Source: Candidatus Omnitrophota bacterium
GTDB lineage: Bacteria; Omnitrophota; Gorgyraeia; Pluralincolimonadales; CAZUZR01
Direction: 5' to 3'
DNA: 64,000 bases
NCBI GenBank assembly: GCA_043821025.1
Contig: JBDRDF010000032.1
Span: 11,261-75,260, forward strand
Numbering within the stretch: the first letter of the stretch is position 1; each line of letters starts with the position of its first letter. A program made the position numbers and the translations under genes. Shown piece by piece: positions 36,266 to 46,565 of this stretch. Under the pieces are notes generated by a model. The model was not told the origin of the DNA. It ran no database searches and worked only from the letters and a program-made list of their open reading frames with translations.

Positions 36266-37665
36266 ATAAAGTTAAGGTTTATTTAGTTGGAGCAGGCCCG
36301 GGAGGAAATGATCTAATAACTGTAAGGGGATTAAATACCTTAAGAGAGGCGGATGTGGTTATTTATGATTATCTTGTAGATAGAAAACTCTTACAGGAAG
36401 CAAAGGAAGGCGCAGAGTTAATCTGTTGCGATAAATTGAGAAAAAATAGATATTCAGACGGTTTTCTGATTCATCAAGAAAAGATAAATAAGCTTTTGGT
36501 TAAGAAGGCAAGGGAAGGCAAAAAGGTAGTCCGACTTAAAAATGGGGATCCTGTAATTTTTGGCAGGTTATCACAAGAGTTGGAAGCGCTCCTTAAAAAC
36601 AGAATAGAATTTGAGGTTATCCCAGGGGTGACAGCGGCAAGCGTTGCCGCTGGCTTAAGCGGCATTCCCTTGACTGACCGAAGATTCGCTTCTAGTTGTG
36701 TTTTTGTTACAGGGCACGAAGATCCAAGTAAAAGAACCAGTCTTTTAGATTGGAATAGCATAAGCAAGGTCGGCACAATAGTTTTGTATATGGCGGTTGA
36801 GAATGTTAACAAGATAGTTAAAAAGCTCATTAATGCTGGCAAGAACGAAGACGCCCCTGTAGCTATAGTTAAAGATGCCGGGCTACTTACCCAGAAGGTT
36901 TTGACAGGCACCTTAGGAAATATCGTTACAAGGGCTAAGGAACAAAATATAAAACCTCCAGCAATTATTATTATTGGCGAAGTGGTAAAATTAGAAAAAG
37001 AGTTTAACTGGCTTAAGAAGAATAAAAGGATACTTTTTACAGGGATATCGCCACAGAGATTTTTTGAGAAAGGAACTATTTTTCATCAACCACTTATTAA
37101 AATGGAGCCGCTCAATGATTACAAAGAATTTGATAAGGAGATTAGAAGCATCGATGGTTACGACTGGATAATCTTTTCAAGTCGATATGGCGTCCAATAT
37201 TTCTTTCAAAGGTTATATAAGATAGGTTATGACACAAGACGACTGAGTGAAGTGAAAATTGCAGCCATCGGTAATTCCACTCGAAACTGGCTTTTGGATT
37301 TCGGTGTTATTGCAGACGTCGTTCCGAAAGAGGAGTCTTCAAAAGGGCTGATAAATGAATTCAAGAAGATAGACATTAGAAATAGAAGGATATTTTTACC
37401 ACGCTCAGATATTTCTGATAAAGGACTTGCACAAGGGCTTTCATCATTAGGGGCCAAGGTTACTTCTTGTGTGGCTTATAAGAACGTAATGCCTGATAAC
37501 CTACCGGACTTAGACTTAAGATTTTTTGATGAGGTTATGTTTACCAGTCCCTCAGGTGTACGCAACTTTGTAAAAAGATATGGAACTCTGCCTAAAAGCG
37601 TTAAAGTAAGATGTATTGGAGACGTTACTTTTAAGGAAGCAAGAAGATGGCATTTATTAGGTTAA
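36262..37665 (+). CDS. cobA-hemD: Uroporphyrinogen-III C-methyltransferase / uroporphyrinogen-III synthase fusion
   Basis: VGAGPG, RLKNGDP, IPGVTA and VTGHE; C-terminal WIIFSS, AIG and FTSPS. Confidence 0.9.
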   Translation: MNKVKVYLVGAGPGGNDLITVRGLNTLREADVVIYDYLVDRKLLQEAKEGAELICCDKLRKNRYSDGFLIHQEKINKLLVKKAREGKKVVRLKNGDPVIFGRLSQELEALLKNRIEFEVIPGVTAASVAAGLSGIPLTDRRFASSCVFVTGHEDPSKRTSLLDWNSISKVGTIVLYMAVENVNKIVKKLINAGKNEDAPVAIVKDAGLLTQKVLTGTLGNIVTRAKEQNIKPPAIIIIGEVVKLEKEFNWLKKNKRILFTGISPQRFFEKGTIFHQPLIKMEPLNDYKEFDKEIRSIDGYDWIIFSSRYGVQYFFQRLYKIGYDTRRLSEVKIAAIGNSTRNWLLDFGVIADVVPKEESSKGLINEFKKIDIRNRRIFLPRSDISDKGLAQGLSSLGAKVTSCVAYKNVMPDNLPDLDLRFFDEVMFTSPSGVRNFVKRYGTLPKSVKVRCIGDVTFKEARRWHLLG

Positions 37666-38618
37666 AACGTTTAAGGAGGAATAACCAGATAAGGGAATTG
37701 TTCAGCCAAACTCAACTTCTGGCGAAAGATTTGATTATGCCTTATTTTGTAATGGAGGGTAGTAAAAAGAAAGTGCCCATTAAATCTATGCCTGGAATTT
37801 ACCGCTTATCCGTTGATAATTTAATTAAGGATATAAAGGAGGCCAAAAGTTTAGGTATAAAGGCAATCCTTCTTTTTGGGATATGTCGCAAGAAGGATGA
37901 AATTGGTTCAGAAGCTTATTCTTCAGATAGTATCGTTCAAAGAGCGATAAAAGCGGTAAAGAAAAATATAGAGGATATGGTTATCGTTACGGACGTTTGT
38001 TTATGTGGGTATACTTCCCACGGCCATTGCGGGGTTGTAAAGAACTCTTGTATAGATAATGATGAGACGTTGAAAGTTTTGTCTAAGATCGCTTTGTCTC
38101 ATGCTGAAGCTGGAGCGGATTTCGTGGCTCCATCTGCGATGATGGATGGACAGGTAAGAACCATAAGAGAAACTTTAGATAGAAACGGCTTTTCCGATAC
38201 AGGGATATTGGCTTATTCAGCTAAATATGCCTCAAGCTTCTATGTGCCCTTTAGAGAAGCCTTGGGCTCCGCTCCACAATTTGGAGATAGAAAGACATAC
38301 CAGATGGACTATAGAAATTCTGATGAGGCATTGAGAGAGATAGAACAGGATATCGAAGAGGGTGCGGATATAATTATGGCTAAACCAGCATTAGCATATT
38401 TAGATATTATCTCCAAAGCAAAACAAAATTTCAACATACCCATCGCTGCTTATAATGTCAGCGGAGAATATTCTTTAGTTAAGTTAGGAGCCAAAGCAGG
38501 CATAATAAATGAGCAAGAAATAACCTTAGAAATTTTAACTGCCATAAAAAGGGCAGGGGCAGATTTGATTATAACCTATCATGCAAAGGAAGTGGCTGGA
38601 TGGTTGAGGAATAAATAA
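37647..38618 (+). CDS. hemB: Porphobilinogen synthase
   Basis: DVCLCGYTSHGHCG, APSAMMDG, GDRKTYQM and AYNVSGEY. Confidence 0.95.
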   Translation: MAFIRLKRLRRNNQIRELFSQTQLLAKDLIMPYFVMEGSKKKVPIKSMPGIYRLSVDNLIKDIKEAKSLGIKAILLFGICRKKDEIGSEAYSSDSIVQRAIKAVKKNIEDMVIVTDVCLCGYTSHGHCGVVKNSCIDNDETLKVLSKIALSHAEAGADFVAPSAMMDGQVRTIRETLDRNGFSDTGILAYSAKYASSFYVPFREALGSAPQFGDRKTYQMDYRNSDEALREIEQDIEEGADIIMAKPALAYLDIISKAKQNFNIPIAAYNVSGEYSLVKLGAKAGIINEQEITLEILTAIKRAGADLIITYHAKEVAGWLRNK

Positions 38619-38619
38619 T

Positions 38620-39519
38620 ATGTTTCTGGTAGAAATCGGATATCAGATACTAAAAGAATTCTTTTCGCTAACATTCAAGGTTATTCCTTACTTTATGTTA
38701 GGAATTGCCTTTGGTGCGCTTCTGGAAGCGTATTTTAAACCAGAGTTCGTCTTTAGATACTTAAAGAAAGGAATTTCCTCGGTGGTTAATGCAAGTATTT
38801 TAGGAGCTGCTCTGCCGGGTTGCGCTTGTGTTACTATGCCAATGGCAGAGGGTTTAAAGAGAAAAGGCTCAAGATTAGGGACATTATCAGCGTTTATTAT
38901 GGTTTCACCACTTTTGAGTCCTCATACAGTTGTATTGACTTATGCGATGCTGGGTTGGAAATTTACTTTTGCCAGAATTATTTTCTCATTTTCAGGTGCG
39001 ATCCTTTTAGGAATTTTATTCAATTATTTTGAAAAGCGGCACGTAAAAGGTTTTGCTTTACCTGCTGAATCTGGGACCGAATGTAAATCTTGTCCTGACT
39101 TCGAGCAGGGCAAGAAATTAAGTTTTTTAAAAAGTTTTATCCTTATTGCCAAGAGCCTCGGTAAATATTTTTTCCTGGGCATGTTTATTGCCAGTCTCTT
39201 GACCGTTCTTATTCCTGAAGAGGCTATACCAAAATATATTGGCTCATCCGGCATATTCGCTTATCTGGCTGCAGCATTGGTAGGGATTCCGGTATATATT
39301 TGTGAAGGAGAAGAGATACCTATTACCTTAGCCCTATTAAAACTTGGTTTAGGCAAAGGTCCTTCTTTTACCTTTCTTTTAGGTTCGATAGGAACATGTA
39401 TTCCCACTATGCTTATGGCACAAAAGATAATTGGTAAGCGGCCAGTCATTTTTTATATTATTGGATGGTTTGTGTTTGCAATCAGTTCAGGGCTATTATT
39501 TAGTCTATTTTTCCATTAA
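38620..39519 (+). CDS. DUF318/ArsP-family permease
   Basis: Multi-TM protein with LPGCAC and PVYIC motifs in a two-repeat layout. Confidence 0.75.
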   Translation: MFLVEIGYQILKEFFSLTFKVIPYFMLGIAFGALLEAYFKPEFVFRYLKKGISSVVNASILGAALPGCACVTMPMAEGLKRKGSRLGTLSAFIMVSPLLSPHTVVLTYAMLGWKFTFARIIFSFSGAILLGILFNYFEKRHVKGFALPAESGTECKSCPDFEQGKKLSFLKSFILIAKSLGKYFFLGMFIASLLTVLIPEEAIPKYIGSSGIFAYLAAALVGIPVYICEGEEIPITLALLKLGLGKGPSFTFLLGSIGTCIPTMLMAQKIIGKRPVIFYIIGWFVFAISSGLLFSLFFH

Positions 39520-39544
39520 AAAGATTGTAAATAGCGGTGTGTAA

Positions 39545-40798
39545 ATGAAAGTAATCTATTCTGGTAATCTTTTCCATGAAGCACAGAAGTATATCCCGGG
39601 TGGAGTAAATAGTCCTGTCCGGTCTTTCAGGGCTGTAGGTGGGTATCCAATATTTGTAAATCATGGGAAGGGTTCAAAGGTTTATAATGAATGTGGCAGG
39701 GAATTTATTGATTATTGCCAAAGTTTCGGTGCATTAATTTTAGGCCACGCTCACCCAAAAGTTGTACGAGAGTTAAGAAAGGTAGTTAACAAAGGTACCA
39801 CTTTTGGAACTCCAACAAAATTAGAGACAGAGTTAGCTAAAATTATCATCGAAGACGTTCCTTCGATACAAAAGATTAGGTTTACTAACTCAGGCACAGA
39901 GGCGGTAATGGGCGCGATCAGACTTGCCAGGGCTTATACAAAAAGAGATAAGATTATAAAATTCGAGGGCTCGTACCATGGTCATGCGGATTATTTATTG
40001 GATTGCGAAGGGGTTCCGAGGGATTTTACAAGGCACACATTAATTACCCCTTATAATAATATAAAGGTAGTTAAAGATTTAATAGAGAAGCATGAAGAGG
40101 ATGTAGCCGCAATAATCGTTGAGCCGATAGCAGCAAATATGGGGGTAGTTTTACCAAAAGATGATTTTCTAAGCGAGTTAAGAAAAATTGCTAGTAAATA
40201 TAATATAATTTTAATTTTCGATGAAGTTATTACTGGTTTTAGACTGATTTTTGGAGGCGCTCAGAAAATATTTGATATTAAACCGGATTTGACGTGTCTA
40301 GGAAAAATAATCGGCGGGGGATTACCGATAGGCGCTTTTGGAGGCAGAAGAGAAATTATGCAACTTTTGGCACCTGAAGGACCTGTCTATCAAGCAGGGA
40401 CTTTCTCAGGCAACCCTGTTTCTATGAGCGCAGGCATAAGTACGTTGAGGATTTTGCACGAATGTAATCCATATAGGAAGGTGGAAGGAATGACTAAATA
40501 TCTTTGTGGGAAAATTAAAGAGTACGCGAATAAACATAAGATCGGGATAGGAATAAATTCTTTTGGTTCCATGTTTAGTATTTTCTTTACAAATAAACAG
40601 ATAACGGATTATAGTATAGCTAAAGCCCAAGATACATCTTTGTTTAAAAAATTCTATCACGGTTTATTAAAAAACGGTGTTTATTTTTCGCCCTCAGGTC
40701 TTGAAGCAGATTTTATTTCGTTAGCACACACGCAAGAAGATATGCAGAAGACCTTACGGGCAGTTGATAAAACATTTAGAAATTTGAGGAGGAGTTAA
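39545..40798 (+). CDS. hemL: Glutamate-1-semialdehyde 2,1-aminomutase
   Basis: [33 protein letters not shown] and [10 protein letters not shown]. Confidence 0.95.
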   Translation: MKVIYSGNLFHEAQKYIPGGVNSPVRSFRAVGGYPIFVNHGKGSKVYNECGREFIDYCQSFGALILGHAHPKVVRELRKVVNKGTTFGTPTKLETELAKIIIEDVPSIQKIRFTNSGTEAVMGAIRLARAYTKRDKIIKFEGSYHGHADYLLDCEGVPRDFTRHTLITPYNNIKVVKDLIEKHEEDVAAIIVEPIAANMGVVLPKDDFLSELRKIASKYNIILIFDEVITGFRLIFGGAQKIFDIKPDLTCLGKIIGGGLPIGAFGGRREIMQLLAPEGPVYQAGTFSGNPVSMSAGISTLRILHECNPYRKVEGMTKYLCGKIKEYANKHKIGIGINSFGSMFSIFFTNKQITDYSIAKAQDTSLFKKFYHGLLKNGVYFSPSGLEADFISLAHTQEDMQKTLRAVDKTFRNLRRS

Positions 40799-40799
40799 A

Positions 40800-41939
40800 A
40801 TGGGCATAACCATTTATTTAAACGGCAAAAAAGAAACGGTCGAAGAAAATTTAAACATTTCGAAGCTCCTTGAGGTCAAGAAGATTAGGCCGGAAGTTGT
40901 AACGGTGGAATTAAATGGGCAGATTATCGAAAAGCCAAAATACGCAGATGCGTTTATAAAAGATAAAGATAAAGTCGAAGTCGTATATTACATGGGAGGC
41001 GGTATGCCTTTTAGCGACAGAATTGCAGAAAACGTTTTGGAACTAATCGGTCGAACGCCGATCGTTAGGCTAAATAAAATCATAGAATCAGATATGGCGG
41101 AGATATTAGCCAAACTAGAGCAATTTAACCCAGGAGGAAGCGTAAAGGATAGGATTTGTATCTCCATGTTCGAAGACGCAGAAAAGAAAGGCTTACTTAA
41201 AAAGGGCTCGACCATTATTGAGCCGACAAGCGGGAATACGGGAATTGGTTTAGCTATGGTTGCCGCAGTTAAGGATTATAGATGTATCCTTACTATGCCA
41301 GAAACGATGAGTTTAGAAAGAATATATATCCTTAAATCTTATGGCGCAGAGGTTGTGCTTACCCCAGGTGTCGAAGGCATGCAAGGAGCGATTAAAAAAG
41401 CAGAAGAATTGCTAAAAAAGACACCTAATAGTTTTATGCCCCAGCAGTTTAAAAATCCTGCAAATCCTCAAATTCACCGTTTAACTACTGCTAAAGAGAT
41501 ATTGGAAGCAACCAATGGAAACCTAGATGCCTTTGTTGCTGGTGTAGGAACTGGTGGTACAATTACAGGGGTAGGGGAGGTTTTAAAAAAACATAATGCC
41601 TCGATTAAGGTAATTGCAGTTGAGCCCAAAAAGAGCGCTGTTTTATCTGGAGGACAGGTTGGCCCACATAAAATCCAAGGCATCGGTGCCGGTTTTGTTC
41701 CAGAAGTTTTAAATCGTTCGATCATAGATCAAATAATCCAGGTTGATGACGACGATGCCTTTAGGACTTCAAGGAGGCTTGCAAAAGAGGAGGGTCTGTT
41801 TGTAGGTATTTCAGCAGGGGCTGCAGCTTGGGCAGCATTAAACGTCGCTAAGGATTCAGGCAAGGGCAAGAGGGTAGTCGTAGTTTTGCCAGATACGGGT
41901 GAAAGATATTTTTCTATGCATCAATATTTTGAGGCATAA
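40800..41939 (+). CDS. cysK: ThiS-like sulfur carrier fused N-terminally to cysteine synthase
   Basis: Residues 1-68 form a beta-grasp ending YYMGGG; then GSVKDRI, PTSGNTG, GVGTGGT and DTGERY. Confidence 0.9.
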   Translation: MGITIYLNGKKETVEENLNISKLLEVKKIRPEVVTVELNGQIIEKPKYADAFIKDKDKVEVVYYMGGGMPFSDRIAENVLELIGRTPIVRLNKIIESDMAEILAKLEQFNPGGSVKDRICISMFEDAEKKGLLKKGSTIIEPTSGNTGIGLAMVAAVKDYRCILTMPETMSLERIYILKSYGAEVVLTPGVEGMQGAIKKAEELLKKTPNSFMPQQFKNPANPQIHRLTTAKEILEATNGNLDAFVAGVGTGGTITGVGEVLKKHNASIKVIAVEPKKSAVLSGGQVGPHKIQGIGAGFVPEVLNRSIIDQIIQVDDDDAFRTSRRLAKEEGLFVGISAGAAAWAALNVAKDSGKGKRVVVVLPDTGERYFSMHQYFEA

Positions 41940-41958
41940 CGTAAACGGCGAGATTAAG

Positions 41959-42852
41959 ATGAAAACAAAAGATGCAAAAATAACCTTAGATTTGGACGAG
42001 TTTAGGAAGGGCGGAATTTTAAAACAAAGGCAGAAAAACTATTTTATCCTTCGAACTCGCATACCCGGTGGATATCTAAGGGCCGATATGTTGTCAAAAT
42101 TTATTCGAATCGCCAAAAAATATGGCAGAGGATATGTTCATCTCTCAACGAGGCAGGCTATAGAAATCGCCTGGATTAAAATAGAAAAAATAGATAACCT
42201 CATAAAGGACCTTAAAAGAGTGGGTATCTTAAGAGGTGCTTGCGGTCCGCGTTCTCGCAACATAGTGGCGTGTCCTGGCTCAACCGTTTGCAGGTACGGT
42301 TTTGCGGATACAGAAAAATTGGCTGCCAAATTCGATAAGTACTTTTTTGGCAAAGATGTTCCAAAGAAATTTAAGATAGGACTGACGGGTTGTCTTAATT
42401 CTTGTGCTAAACCCCAGGAAAACGATATTGGGTTTTTGGCTGTTGGTGAGCCCGAATGCGATTTAGACAAATGCACTGGTTGTATGCTATGTGCCAAGGT
42501 TTGTGAGAAGGTTTGCGCTCGAGGCAAAAGGGAACCTGCGATCGTCATGGATGAGAATAAGGAACCTGTATATAGAAGGGAGTTTTGCTTCTTTGAGGGT
42601 GATTGTGTAAGGATATGCCCAGTTAATGCCTGGAAAATAAAACGAGTAGGATATACGGTATTTTTAGGAGGGAGGGTCGGCCGTTTCCCTACGTTTGGGT
42701 TTAAAATAAAGGAATTTGCTACCGAACAAGAAATTTTTAAAATAACCAAAAGAGCAATAGCCTGTTATAACAGAATTGCCGAAAAAGGCGAGCGCTTCGG
42801 AGAAACTATAGAAAGGATAGGAATAGAAGGGGTAAAAAAACAGGTGCTATGA
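41959..42852 (+). CDS. Small siroheme sulfite reductase-like protein with ferredoxin insertion (AsrC-like)
   Basis: HLSTRQ, ACPGSTVC, PKKFK and GCLNSCAKP, plus CTGCMLC and CVRICP. Confidence 0.8.
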   Translation: MKTKDAKITLDLDEFRKGGILKQRQKNYFILRTRIPGGYLRADMLSKFIRIAKKYGRGYVHLSTRQAIEIAWIKIEKIDNLIKDLKRVGILRGACGPRSRNIVACPGSTVCRYGFADTEKLAAKFDKYFFGKDVPKKFKIGLTGCLNSCAKPQENDIGFLAVGEPECDLDKCTGCMLCAKVCEKVCARGKREPAIVMDENKEPVYRREFCFFEGDCVRICPVNAWKIKRVGYTVFLGGRVGRFPTFGFKIKEFATEQEIFKITKRAIACYNRIAEKGERFGETIERIGIEGVKKQVL

Positions 42853-43091
42853 CAAAAATAAAAGTCGATCTAGTTTTAGATTTGAAAAATACACCTTGCC
42901 CAATAAATTTTGTTAAGACAAAACTAAAGCTCGAACAAATGAATAAAGGGGAGGTTTTAGAAGTCCTTTTAGATGACGGTGATCCCATCACTAATGTTAC
43001 CGTAAGCGTAAAAGAAGATGGGCATCAGATTTTGAAGGTCGAGAAAATAAATGACCATTGGAAATTGGTCGTTAAAAAAGTTGGAGAATAA
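42849..43091 (+). CDS. tusA: TusA/SirA-family sulfur transferase
   Basis: LDL...CPINFVKTKLKL motif. Confidence 0.85.
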   Translation: MTKIKVDLVLDLKNTPCPINFVKTKLKLEQMNKGEVLEVLLDDGDPITNVTVSVKEDGHQILKVEKINDHWKLVVKKVGE

Positions 43092-43096
43092 ATTAA

Positions 43097-43909
43097 ATGC
43101 GATTAAGGGAAGATCAAATTGAGAGGTATTCAAGGCAAATTATTCTACCTAATGTTGGTGGGAAAGGTCAGGAGAAGCTTTTGAGTGCCAAAGTTTTAAT
43201 CATTGGCGCAGGAGGCTTGGGTTCTCCTTGTGCTTTATATTTGGCCGCGGCAGGCATAGGGAAAATTAGCATAGTAGACTCAGACGAAGTCGAGCTTAAT
43301 AATTTACAGAGACAAATCTTGCATTCAACCAAGGATGTAGGTAGGTCGAAAACAGAATCAGCAAAAGACAGGCTCAATGCCATTAATCCAGATTTAGAGG
43401 TCATAACTTATAAAATCAGGCTCAAGTCGGAGAATATCTTAGATATCATAAAGGATTATGATATAATTGTTGATGGCTCAGATAACTTTCCTACAAGGTA
43501 TTTAGTCAATGATGCCTGTGTTCTTTCGAAAAAGCCTTTATCTCATGGGGGCATATTTAGATACGATGGGCAGGCGATTACAATTCTTCCAGGTGAAAGT
43601 GCTTGTTATAGATGCCTATTTCCTACTCCCCCTCCGCCTGGACTTGTGCCAAGTTGCCAGGAAGCCGGGATTTTAGGCGTAGTTGCCGGAGTCATTGGCA
43701 CTATTCAGGCAAACGAAGTTTTAAAATATATATTAGGAATCGGAGACCTTTTAGCCGGAAAGCTGTTGGTATTTAACGCCTTAGATTCAAGCTTTAGACA
43801 AGTGAAGGTTCCAAAAGATCCTAAATGTCCAGTTTGTGGAGAAAATCCCACGATAACAAAATTAATAGATTATGAACAGTTCTGTAGCTTACAAATAAGG
43901 AAGGTGTAA
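43097..43909 (+). CDS. moeB: MoeB/ThiF-family E1-like adenylyltransferase (no rhodanese domain)
   Basis: RYSRQ, GAGGLG, NLQRQ, CYRC and CPVC. Confidence 0.85.
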   Translation: MRLREDQIERYSRQIILPNVGGKGQEKLLSAKVLIIGAGGLGSPCALYLAAAGIGKISIVDSDEVELNNLQRQILHSTKDVGRSKTESAKDRLNAINPDLEVITYKIRLKSENILDIIKDYDIIVDGSDNFPTRYLVNDACVLSKKPLSHGGIFRYDGQAITILPGESACYRCLFPTPPPPGLVPSCQEAGILGVVAGVIGTIQANEVLKYILGIGDLLAGKLLVFNALDSSFRQVKVPKDPKCPVCGENPTITKLIDYEQFCSLQIRKV

Positions 43910-43911
43910 AG

Positions 43912-45147
43912 TTGAGCTACGTAAGAGGCTTAAAATGTAGGGAATGCGGAAGGGAATATCCGAAAGAAGCGCTCTTCGTTTGCGAATATTGCTTCGGCTC
44001 TTTGGAGGTGGACTACGACTACTCTGCGATAAAGAAGAAACTGACACGCGAGGTAATTGCATCTCGTTCGAAAGATCTGTGGAGATACCAAGAGCTGTTG
44101 CCGCTCGATTCAAAGCCGCAGGATGGTTTATATTCGGGTTTCACGCCGCTTATAAGGTCAACGAATTTGGCGAAGGTATTGAAAGTAGACGAACTTTACA
44201 TAAAAGATGATTCCGTCTGCCATCCGACGCTTTCATTTAAGGATAGGGTTGTATCGGTTGCAATTTCAAAGGCAAAGGAGTTTGATTTCTCTGTTGTTGC
44301 ATGTGCTTCAACCGGAAATTTGGCGAATTCGGTCTCCGCATTAGGCGCTATCGCCAGATTAAAGCGTTATATATTTATCCCTGCCGATTTGGAATTGGGA
44401 AAGGTAGTCGGCTCTTTAATTTACTCCCCGAATTTAGTTGCAGTCGAAGGAAATTACGACGAGGTGAACCGACTCTGCGCCGAAATTGCGTCGAGATATA
44501 GATGGGCATTCGTCAATATAAATATCAGGCCATATTATGCTGAGGGTTCAAAGACCTACGGATACGAGATTGTAGAACAATTGGGTTGGAGGACGCCAAA
44601 ACATATCATAGTTCCGGTTGCGGGCGGTTCCTTAATCTCAAAGATTTGGAAAAGCTTTAAAGAATTTCAAAAATTAGAGTTGATCAACAAGATTGATACA
44701 AAAGTTTATGCGGCGCAACCAACAGGATGTTCGCCAGTCGTAACAGCGATAAAGGAAAATTCCGATATAATCAAACCTGTTAAGCCGAAGACGATAGCGA
44801 AATCACTCGCCATAGGAAATCCGGCGGACGGATATTATGCGGTCCAGACCGTAAAGGATTCAGGCGGATGGGCAGAAGATGTAACCGATGAGGAAGTAAT
44901 CGAAGGGATAAAATTGCTTGCCGAGACCGAAGGAATATTTACCGAAACTGCAGGAGGAGTTACAGTAGCAGTTGCAAAGAAATTAATCGAACAAGGTCGA
45001 ATCCCTCGGGATGAATCCATTGTAATTTCAATTACGGGCAATGGCTTAAAAACGCAGGAGGCAGTCCAGGAACATATAGGAAGGGCCGTTAAGATAAAAC
45101 CTACCCTTGCATCTTTTGAAGAACAGGTAATGGTGAAAGGGAAATAA
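43912..45147 (+). CDS. thrC: Threonine synthase-like PLP enzyme (sulfur-carrier-associated clade)
   Basis: CRECG, PTLSFKDR, ASTGNLA and ITGNGLK; adjacent to a MoaD-like gene. Confidence 0.75.
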   Translation: MSYVRGLKCRECGREYPKEALFVCEYCFGSLEVDYDYSAIKKKLTREVIASRSKDLWRYQELLPLDSKPQDGLYSGFTPLIRSTNLAKVLKVDELYIKDDSVCHPTLSFKDRVVSVAISKAKEFDFSVVACASTGNLANSVSALGAIARLKRYIFIPADLELGKVVGSLIYSPNLVAVEGNYDEVNRLCAEIASRYRWAFVNINIRPYYAEGSKTYGYEIVEQLGWRTPKHIIVPVAGGSLISKIWKSFKEFQKLELINKIDTKVYAAQPTGCSPVVTAIKENSDIIKPVKPKTIAKSLAIGNPADGYYAVQTVKDSGGWAEDVTDEEVIEGIKLLAETEGIFTETAGGVTVAVAKKLIEQGRIPRDESIVISITGNGLKTQEAVQEHIGRAVKIKPTLASFEEQVMVKGK

Positions 45148-45165
45148 AAATAAAGGAGCGTGCAT

Positions 45166-45441
45166 ATGGCGATTAAAGTAAGAATACCACAACCACTACA
45201 AGGTTTGACGAACCACCAACCTGAGGTTGAAGCTACCGGAACGACCGTGAAAGAATTAATTGATGATTTAGAGCACAAATACCCCGGCATCAAAGACAGA
45301 ATCTGCGATGAATCAGGCAAAGTGCGAAGGTTCGTTAATTTCTATGTCAACGAAGAAGACATAAGGTTTTTGGAGCGGGAACAAACGAAGTTGAAAGACG
45401 GCGATGAAGTTTCAATAATTCCGGCAATCGCCGGGGGATGA
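45166..45441 (+). CDS. MoaD/CysO-like ubiquitin-fold sulfur carrier
   Basis: RFVNFYVNEEDIRF and C-terminal PAIAGG; AAGGAG SD. Confidence 0.9.
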   Translation: MAIKVRIPQPLQGLTNHQPEVEATGTTVKELIDDLEHKYPGIKDRICDESGKVRRFVNFYVNEEDIRFLEREQTKLKDGDEVSIIPAIAGG

Positions 45442-46193
45442 AAATGATGGAAGTAGAGCTCACCGCAAAAGACAGAGAAAGATATAACAGACAGATGTTT
45501 ATCGAGGACTGGGGCGAAGCGGGACAGAAAAAGCTAAAGAATGCCGAGGTTTTTATCTCAGGCGTAGGCGGTTTAGGAAGCCCCGTCGCTATATATCTTG
45601 CAGTCGCAGGGGTAGGCAAGATAAGGGTATGCGATTTTGATGTACCAGAACTTTCTAATCTAAATAGGCAGATATTGCACCACGATGCTCGCATAGGCCT
45701 TAATAAAGCACTTTCTGCAAAAAAGACGTTAGAAGTTTTAAATCCTACGGTGGAAATTAAAGAATTCCCTGAAAGGATAGAAGCTGATAATGTCGATAAA
45801 TTAGTTGGCACAAGTCAGATAATCATCGATTGTATGGATAATTTTGATACGCGTTTAATCCTAAATGAATGCGCCATACGAAAAAAGATACCTTTGGTAT
45901 TTGCGAGTGTTTGGGGCTTGACCGGTTATTTAAGTTTTTTTCATGTGCCTGAAACTCCCTGTCTTGCATGTATATTTAGAGAACCACCCCCTAGAGAGAA
46001 ATTTCCTGTAGTAGGAGCGACCCCTGGGGTAATCGGTTGCTTGGAGGCGCTCGAAGTATTAAAGTATATTACCGGCATTGGTCAGAATTTAAAAAATAAA
46101 CTTTTAATTTGGGACGGGACTACTGTGGATTTTAGAAAAGTCTCCATTAAATATGATAAAGATTGTCCCGTATGCGGCACTTTACACCGTTAA
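45438..46193 (+). CDS. Second ThiF/MoeB/HesA-family E1-like enzyme
   Basis: RYNRQ, GVGGLG, NLNRQ, CLAC and CPVC. Confidence 0.85.
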   Translation: MKMMEVELTAKDRERYNRQMFIEDWGEAGQKKLKNAEVFISGVGGLGSPVAIYLAVAGVGKIRVCDFDVPELSNLNRQILHHDARIGLNKALSAKKTLEVLNPTVEIKEFPERIEADNVDKLVGTSQIIIDCMDNFDTRLILNECAIRKKIPLVFASVWGLTGYLSFFHVPETPCLACIFREPPPREKFPVVGATPGVIGCLEALEVLKYITGIGQNLKNKLLIWDGTTVDFRKVSIKYDKDCPVCGTLHR

Positions 46194-46209
46194 AGAGGAG
46201 GTAAAGATA

Positions 46210-46449
46210 ATGGCAAAGAAGATGGTGCATTTAATATTCCCCCAAAAGTTGATTAAGAAGGCAGTCATTTATACTATGGCAAAAAAATTTGACGTTATCC
46301 CCAATATCCGCCGCGCGAAGATTACCGAATCGGTTGGGGAGGTTGTATTAGAACTTGAGGCATCGAAGGATAATTTAGAGAAGGGTATAGCATATTTAAG
46401 GAAGTTGGGTGTTAAAGTAGAGCCTATTGTCGGGGATATCGTAGAGTAA
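46210..46449 (+). CDS. NIL-domain protein
   Basis: LIFP...IY..AKKFDVIPNIRRA...GEVVLEL; GAGGAGG SD before ATG 46210. Confidence 0.8.
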   Translation: MAKKMVHLIFPQKLIKKAVIYTMAKKFDVIPNIRRAKITESVGEVVLELEASKDNLEKGIAYLRKLGVKVEPIVGDIVE

Positions 46450-46472
46450 ATTAAGAGTTTCCTTTTTAGATT

Positions 46473-46513
46473 TAAGAGCCAGCTCCATTAAAAGGGGCTG
46501 GCTCTTATTTTTT
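46473..46513 (+). terminator. Rho-independent terminator of the sulfur operon
   Basis: 14-bp stem TAAGAGCCAGCTCC/GGGGCTGGCTCTTA, 7-nt loop, T6 tail. Confidence 0.85.
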
Positions 46514-46515
46514 CC

Positions 46516-46565
46516 TTGACAAAAGATGTAGAGTCATATATACTCTATACTGGTATTGGGTATAG
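46516..46565 (+). promoter_or_regulatory. Sigma70 promoter and CsoR-type operator
   Basis: TTGACA (46516-46521), 17 nt spacer, TATACT (46539-46544); CTATAC-N9-GTATAG with a G-tract at 46545-46565. Confidence 0.75.
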
